Shown here piece by piece: positions 59,074-64,000 of a stretch of DNA of 64,000 nucleotides; position 1 is the stretch's first letter, and each line of letters begins with the position of its first letter. The translations under genes and the position numbers were made by a program. The stretch spans positions 1,888,001-1,952,000 of the forward strand of contig CAWCAG010000005.1 in assembly GCA_963793425.1 (NCBI GenBank). Direction: 5' to 3'. Under the pieces are notes generated by a model that saw only the letters and a list, made by a program, of their open reading frames with translations, ran no database searches and was not told where the DNA came from. Source of the DNA: an uncultured cyanobacterium. GTDB lineage: Bacteria; Cyanobacteriota; Cyanobacteriia; Cyanobacteriales; CAWCAG01.

Positions 59074-59440
59074 AACCCTAAAGATGCAACCCTGACATAT
59101 TCACCTTAAAACCTCATCCTCCCTTAGAAAAGGTGAACATAACTAGTATCGATAGCAACAAACCAGGGAAAAGAAGTAATCCTAACATTGATAGTTCAGT
59201 AGCACTCATCAGCTTTAATCTCCTAACACGCTTCTTTTAAAGTAGCTTGTGAGCAAAAAAAAGTTGGTAAATTCAAGGATTTATTTGCAATTGGTATCAA
59301 GATGTTAAGCTGTCAGGTATTTAGATTGTCTTGCTAGGGTAAGGGAGCAGGGAGTGGGGAGCAATAAAGACATCGGGGAAAATTAGTTAAGGCAAATAAG
59401 GGTAAGGATCTACAATTGAGCTTGGTTACCCATAGAACTT

Positions 59441-59791
59441 ATGCAAAATACTCGTTTAAACAATCTCTTCGCTTTAACCAGCACTCAACTTAATCAATTC
59501 TTCAGCAATCCTTGGCGACGTATAGCACTTGTCCTGCTTAGCTTATTGTTAGGTTTCTTTCTTGGTACAGCCATTACTAGTACCGCCGGACAAACTTCTG
59601 ATTGGGATGTCATCGCTGCTGCTTTTGTGGTTTTGTTTACAGAAATAATTAGCCGCTTTGTTTATGGTCGTAAACGAAATCGTACTGCTGAAGAAGTAGT
59701 TAAATCCTCGCTATTGGTAGAGCTGGTTAATAATTTGAAGATTGGTGTTACCTATGGTTTATTCGTGGAAGCATTTAAACTAAATTCTTAG
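59441..59791 (+). CDS. ycf20: Ycf20/DUF565-family protein
   Basis: MQNTRL, NPWRR, K.G..YGLFVEAFKL.S. Confidence 0.88.
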   Translation: MQNTRLNNLFALTSTQLNQFFSNPWRRIALVLLSLLLGFFLGTAITSTAGQTSDWDVIAAAFVVLFTEIISRFVYGRKRNRTAEEVVKSSLLVELVNNLKIGVTYGLFVEAFKLNS

Positions 59792-59802
59792 GGATTGGGT
59801 GT

Positions 59803-60870
59803 ATGGTTTTGAGAATAGGGGCGTTATTACAGCAGTTGGTTGCGGGGCAAAAGCTAGATAAGTCAGCATATCAAGAACTTTTGCAAGCAGAATTAAACCT
59901 TGTACAAAAAGCTCAAGCTTTTGGTATTAATGCTAACAATGTTCAAAAAAAGCTGACTGCAAGACTAGAACTTTTCCCGGAAGTATCTGCTGAAGTTTGG
60001 CAACTTTGCCAAAACTTAGGTTTTCAAGATCAAGAAATTGCGATCGCCACTCTTTGGCATTTATGGTTGCCTTTGGCCCTGTGGTTAGCTTCAGAAAAAG
60101 AAAAGCTGGGTCGTCCTTTGATACAGGGCATTTTAGGAGGACAAGGAACAGGTAAAACCACCCTAACTACCATCCTTCATTTAATCCTAGGGCGGTTAGG
60201 TTACTCCACTTTAGGGGTATCTATTGATGATATTTACAAAACCTATGCAGATAGGAAACGCTTACAACAAGAAGATCCCCGCTTAATTTGGCGTGGCCCT
60301 CCGGGAACTCATGATGTTGCTTTGGGTATTGAGTTGTTAGATAAATTGCGACAAGAAAATATCACTGCACCACTTTTCGTACCTCGCTTTGATAAATCTC
60401 AGTGGCAGGGAGCAGGAGACAGGACAAAACCGGAGCAAATTGAGGAAGCAAATATTATCTTATTTGAAGGCTGGTTTGTGGGGGCTAGACCCGTCAATCA
60501 GGAAACATTTGACCATGCACCTCATCCTATTTTAACCACCGCAGACCGAGATTTTGCGATCGCTAGCAATACTCGCTTGCAGGAATATTTACCTCTATGG
60601 GAAAAACTAGACCGCTTAATTGTTCTTTATCCTGTAGATTATCGTCTTAGCCAAAAATGGCGCTTAGAAGCAGAACATAAAATGATTGCCACAGGAAAAA
60701 CGGGCATGGGAGACGAAGAAGTTAACCAATTTGTCGAATATTTCTGGAAATCCCTTCATCCTGAACTATTTATCACTCCTTTAACGAAAAATCCTCAGCT
60801 AGTAGATATAGTTATTGAAATTAACCAAGATCGCACCCTTGGTAAGATTTACCAACCTGTTGAGAGCTAA
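59803..60870 (+). CDS. Plant-type D-glycerate 3-kinase-like P-loop kinase
   Basis: GGQGTGKTT, SIDD.Y, RGPPGTHD, PRFDKS...G.GDR, LFEGWFVG. Confidence 0.88.
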   Translation: MVLRIGALLQQLVAGQKLDKSAYQELLQAELNLVQKAQAFGINANNVQKKLTARLELFPEVSAEVWQLCQNLGFQDQEIAIATLWHLWLPLALWLASEKEKLGRPLIQGILGGQGTGKTTLTTILHLILGRLGYSTLGVSIDDIYKTYADRKRLQQEDPRLIWRGPPGTHDVALGIELLDKLRQENITAPLFVPRFDKSQWQGAGDRTKPEQIEEANIILFEGWFVGARPVNQETFDHAPHPILTTADRDFAIASNTRLQEYLPLWEKLDRLIVLYPVDYRLSQKWRLEAEHKMIATGKTGMGDEEVNQFVEYFWKSLHPELFITPLTKNPQLVDIVIEINQDRTLGKIYQPVES

Positions 60871-60921
60871 AAATAAGCCAAAAGCTGCTATCATTTTAAA
60901 AGAGAAAATTCAGCCTAAGAA

Positions 60922-61320
60922 GTGAAGAAAATTCCTCGCACAGTGCGTCTATCAGACACAGATGCAGCAGGTGTCGTCTATTTCGCCAATGCCTTAGTGA
61001 TGTGTCATGAAGCTTATGAAGAGTCTTTACTTAATGCCGGGATTAATTTCCAAGAATTAGTTAAGAGTTCTACTACAGTACTGCCGATTGTACATAGTTC
61101 TGTAGACTTTTTTCTGCCTATGTTTTGCGGTGATAGACTGTTAATCCAACTAACTCCTCAACTATTAAAGGAAAGTGAGTTTGAAGTTGCTTACCAAATC
61201 TTCCCCACTGAAGCGGAAAAACCAGCGGTTAAAGCAATAACCAGACACGTTTGTATCAATCCTTCTAGTAGAAGGAGAACCCCTTTACCCGAAAAGATTC
61301 AGCAATGGCTTTATGGGTGA
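60922..61320 (+). CDS. Hotdog-fold thioesterase, probably 1,4-dihydroxy-2-naphthoyl-CoA hydrolase
   Basis: RTVRLSDTDAAGVVYFAN...CHEAYEESL, LPIVH, T.HVCI. Confidence 0.85.
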   Translation: MKKIPRTVRLSDTDAAGVVYFANALVMCHEAYEESLLNAGINFQELVKSSTTVLPIVHSSVDFFLPMFCGDRLLIQLTPQLLKESEFEVAYQIFPTEAEKPAVKAITRHVCINPSSRRRTPLPEKIQQWLYG

Positions 61321-61805
61321 GGAATTAAAAGTTTGAATTTTGGTATCAAGTGATACAATAAAATAAAGGGTTCTGATTATAACTTTTGTGTTTCCTTCAC
61401 TTAGTTCTCTCGCCAAAAAAACTTGGTTGTGGGATTGCTATGAATACAAGTCTAAGTGAGTTTTCAAAGTTGTAAACCTAGACTGTCATTTTTCTATCAA
61501 GAAATGATAGTTTCTTGCCCCTCTTGCAAAATTTATTATTGCCATAGCTGTCATCAATACTACAGTTAAAGACCAAAAAACAAACTATAAAGATGATAAG
61601 GTCGCCTGATGATGACCTTGATTAGGATGCACTACTAAAAACCAGAAATAAGGGAATACTAAAGGTCATAACTACTGACAAATGAAAATGCGGCTATCTC
61701 GTCTAAGTCTTTGATGAGCTGTGGTCAGTAATTATTTCCGGAATAGTTTTCCTTCAGCCGGACATTTTTACTTAAGGACTATTTAATTAGAACTAGTTAA
61801 ACGAA

Positions 61806-62204
61806 ATGAAATCTTATTTACCCTATGGTTTGAGTTGCGATTTGCCAAAAAGAAAAATTAGTCAAAGCGCGATCGCCATAACTATTTTTGCGGCTGCTAT
61901 GGTAGTTACAAATCCTAATCGCCCAGCTTACCTTGAATATGCTTCAACTAAGTTAGCAGCGGGAATTAATACCAACAATTGCCACTATACTACCGCGACC
62001 TTAAATATTGATAATCAATGCCAAAAATTGAAAAATGTCACCAAAATCAAAAAGACGAAAGATGAATTTCTACAGGACTTTATTTTTCAAGTAACAAAAC
62101 GTCAAAACTTAATTTTCTTGAGTCTTTATACTACAGAACTATCAGGTAAAAAATATCGAACCCTGGCTGCCTTTGGGAACTTTTTGACCTTTTGGGAAAG
62201 TTAG
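61806..62204 (+). CDS. DUF4359-like protein
   Basis: Hydrophobic segment followed by TNP...Y.EYA, T.RQN.IFLSLY.TEL and FGNF. Confidence 0.75.
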   Translation: MKSYLPYGLSCDLPKRKISQSAIAITIFAAAMVVTNPNRPAYLEYASTKLAAGINTNNCHYTTATLNIDNQCQKLKNVTKIKKTKDEFLQDFIFQVTKRQNLIFLSLYTTELSGKKYRTLAAFGNFLTFWES

Positions 62205-62320
62205 TTTATGTAGCATTGTTGGTAGGTTCTTTATATAAAGTTGTTTGTTTTTTGTTGAAAAAATAAAAAAGTCGGCTTAAGCTCAAGACAGGTATGTATA
62301 GATTTCAGGAGCCGACAACC

Positions 62321-63058
62321 ATGAATAATACTAAGGTTGTTTCTACAACATTATCCTTAGCCACTTTAGGGATATTAAACAGTGCAATGGCAGCCAACGC
62401 TGCTACTTTTACTCCTTTAACTGACTTAACAGACGGAGGATTTAATCAACTTCTTGGAGAAGGCAAATTTACAGAAGATTTTATTGCCGAAAGCCGTATT
62501 GGTATTTCTGGTAGCGGAGACTTTGAAATTGATATCCAAGAAGTTGAACCACCCGGCCCAGGAGGGATACCTCAGCCGACTGCTGAATTTGAATGGGGTA
62601 ATAACCAACCAGTTGATTTTCGTTTAGAATATGATGGCTCGAAGGTTATCTATACCGTTGGAGGTATAGAATTAATGAAAGAAGATGTTCAAGATTTAGC
62701 CAATATTAATAGCATTTTCCTCCGTACCCGTTCTAATGGAGATGGTAGCATCGCCGAGATTAGTAACTTAGTTGTTGATGATATGGCTTATAATGGCATA
62801 GTCCGTTCTGATGATAGTGATATCATTGACTACTTAAAAATCACCGACATTGGCAACAATTTTGTGGTGACAGGTACATCAAATTTCGCTTGGGTTGATG
62901 GCAGCCGTCCTACCCGTTCGGAGTTAGCTTATCAGTTTAAGGTTGGTACGATGGGGATGCCACCCTCACATTCTGTACCGGAACCTGCCTCTGTTTCTTT
63001 AATCTCTTTGACTTTATTAGGTGGTGCTTTTGCTTCTACCCGCCGTCGTCGTAAATAG
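62321..63058 (+). CDS. PEP-CTERM sorting-domain surface protein
   Basis: Signal peptide ending ANA-A. C-terminal VPEP, hydrophobic helix, RRRRK. AGGAG RBS precedes the ATG at 62321. Confidence 0.9.
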   Translation: MNNTKVVSTTLSLATLGILNSAMAANAATFTPLTDLTDGGFNQLLGEGKFTEDFIAESRIGISGSGDFEIDIQEVEPPGPGGIPQPTAEFEWGNNQPVDFRLEYDGSKVIYTVGGIELMKEDVQDLANINSIFLRTRSNGDGSIAEISNLVVDDMAYNGIVRSDDSDIIDYLKITDIGNNFVVTGTSNFAWVDGSRPTRSELAYQFKVGTMGMPPSHSVPEPASVSLISLTLLGGAFASTRRRRK

Positions 63059-63120
63059 TCTGAGTGACCCAAAAGGATATTAATAGGGTTAAAGTAATAA
63101 AAACCCAAAACCCTTAAGTC

Positions 63121-63969
63121 ATGAAGGAACGACTTCTTAGAACAATTGTTTTATTTATTGTTCTCACTATTCTATTCGCCATTCTAGAGCGCTTCTGGCC
63201 TAGTATTCCTAATCAGCGTAAATGGAGACGTGGTGTTGGTATAGATACCTTATATTGGTTCGTTACCCCCATGGTTAGCCAAATTTTGAGTATGGCTACT
63301 ATTGCTTTAATTTTAGTCCCACTTTACCTATTATTAGGGCGATCCCTAGCTTGGGAAGATATTCTCGTTGGCTATGGCCGCTTTGCAGAAATGCCCCTTT
63401 GGGGTCAAGGTTTAATCGCTATTGTTGCAGGAGATTTTATTGGTTACTGGACTCACCGTTGGCATCATACTAGGCAACTTTGGGACTACCATGCTGTTCA
63501 TCATAGTTCCAAAACCCTAGATTGGCTTTCTGCGGTGCGTTTGCATCCCATTAATGATGTAATTTCGCGAGTGATGCAAGCTTCTCCCCTGCTGCTGTTA
63601 GGAATGTCTCCTTTAGCTGTGGAACTTTATGTTCCTTTCCTCTCAGCTTATGTAGCCTTGATTCATGCTAACGTTTCTTGGACTTATGGCCCTTTTGGCT
63701 ATGTTCTCGCTAGCCCTGCTTTTCACCGCTGGCATCATACTAATGAGAAGGAAGGGAGGGGAAAAAATTTCGCCGGACTCTTTCCTGTTTACGATTTGAT
63801 CTTCGGAACTTTTTATCTGCCCCAAGGCAAGCAACCGGGAAATTTCGGTATTTATGGCGAGACGATGACGGAGAATTTTGTTGTGCAGTTGCTTTATCCT
63901 TTCCGGAGGTGGAAATTTCCTCTTCCTTTTACTGGGGCTATAGCCAAGTCAAAAGCCAAAAGGGAATAG
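63121..63969 (+). CDS. Sterol desaturase / fatty acid hydroxylase family protein
   Basis: YWTHRWHH, HAVHHS, R.HP, HAN, HRWHH, NFA..FP.YD.IFGT. Confidence 0.9.
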   Translation: MKERLLRTIVLFIVLTILFAILERFWPSIPNQRKWRRGVGIDTLYWFVTPMVSQILSMATIALILVPLYLLLGRSLAWEDILVGYGRFAEMPLWGQGLIAIVAGDFIGYWTHRWHHTRQLWDYHAVHHSSKTLDWLSAVRLHPINDVISRVMQASPLLLLGMSPLAVELYVPFLSAYVALIHANVSWTYGPFGYVLASPAFHRWHHTNEKEGRGKNFAGLFPVYDLIFGTFYLPQGKQPGNFGIYGETMTENFVVQLLYPFRRWKFPLPFTGAIAKSKAKRE

Positions 63970-64000
63970 GAATATAGTTTTCTCCCCGTCACCTACGTCT

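Larger units (their letters stand above)
386..61876. repeat. HIP1 octamer GCGATCGC, highly iterated across the window
   Basis: About 30 copies counted by eye (for example near 386, 5837, 8672, 14442, 27558, 37971, 56857, 60040), far above chance for an 8-mer in AT-rich DNA. Confidence 0.9.

Noticed and set aside
61598..61650. CTGATGA resembling a hammerhead ribozyme core
   Set aside because: I could not build stem II followed by GAAA or the other stems. It is only a short hairpin.
4397..63969. Four His-box membrane diiron enzymes as a single lipid gene cluster
   Set aside because: They are scattered over 60 kb in unrelated contexts, and nothing links them to each other or to the ketosynthase locus.

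Overview
This is AT-rich cyanobacterial chromosomal DNA. The lineage call rests on about 30 HIP1 octamers (GCGATCGC), 7-8 nt tandem repeats between genes, and genes such as crtR, rpaA, Ycf20 and a PEP-CTERM protein. Most of the roughly 50 CDS are ordinary housekeeping or signalling genes: pnp, cobO, tamB, pepP, trpG, dgkA, ybeY, tex, two Ser/Thr kinases, a two-component cluster and several desaturases. I found no rRNA, tRNA, CRISPR array or transposase. The best candidate for a new system is at 53.1-57.2 kb. A NACHT NTPase with 16 HEAT repeats (NLR-like) carries a RHIM-like motif near its N-terminus (ITGDFNNVQLG). The gene just upstream, hidden from the ORF track by a 1-nt frameshift, encodes a two-TM protein ending in a nearly identical motif (ITGDRNNVQFG). 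This is the layout expected of an amyloid-signalling receptor/effector pair. It lies in a small accessory patch with Uma2, a divergent HTH pair with operator-like repeats and a toxin-like gene remnant. A second candidate at the left edge is a DarB/FabH-like ketosynthase fused to a heme-oxygenase-like diiron domain and coupled to an uncharacterised gene. Several families of small dispersed repeats (REP-, SDR- and MITE-like) occupy the intergenic spaces. All family assignments come from motif recognition by eye, not from database searches.
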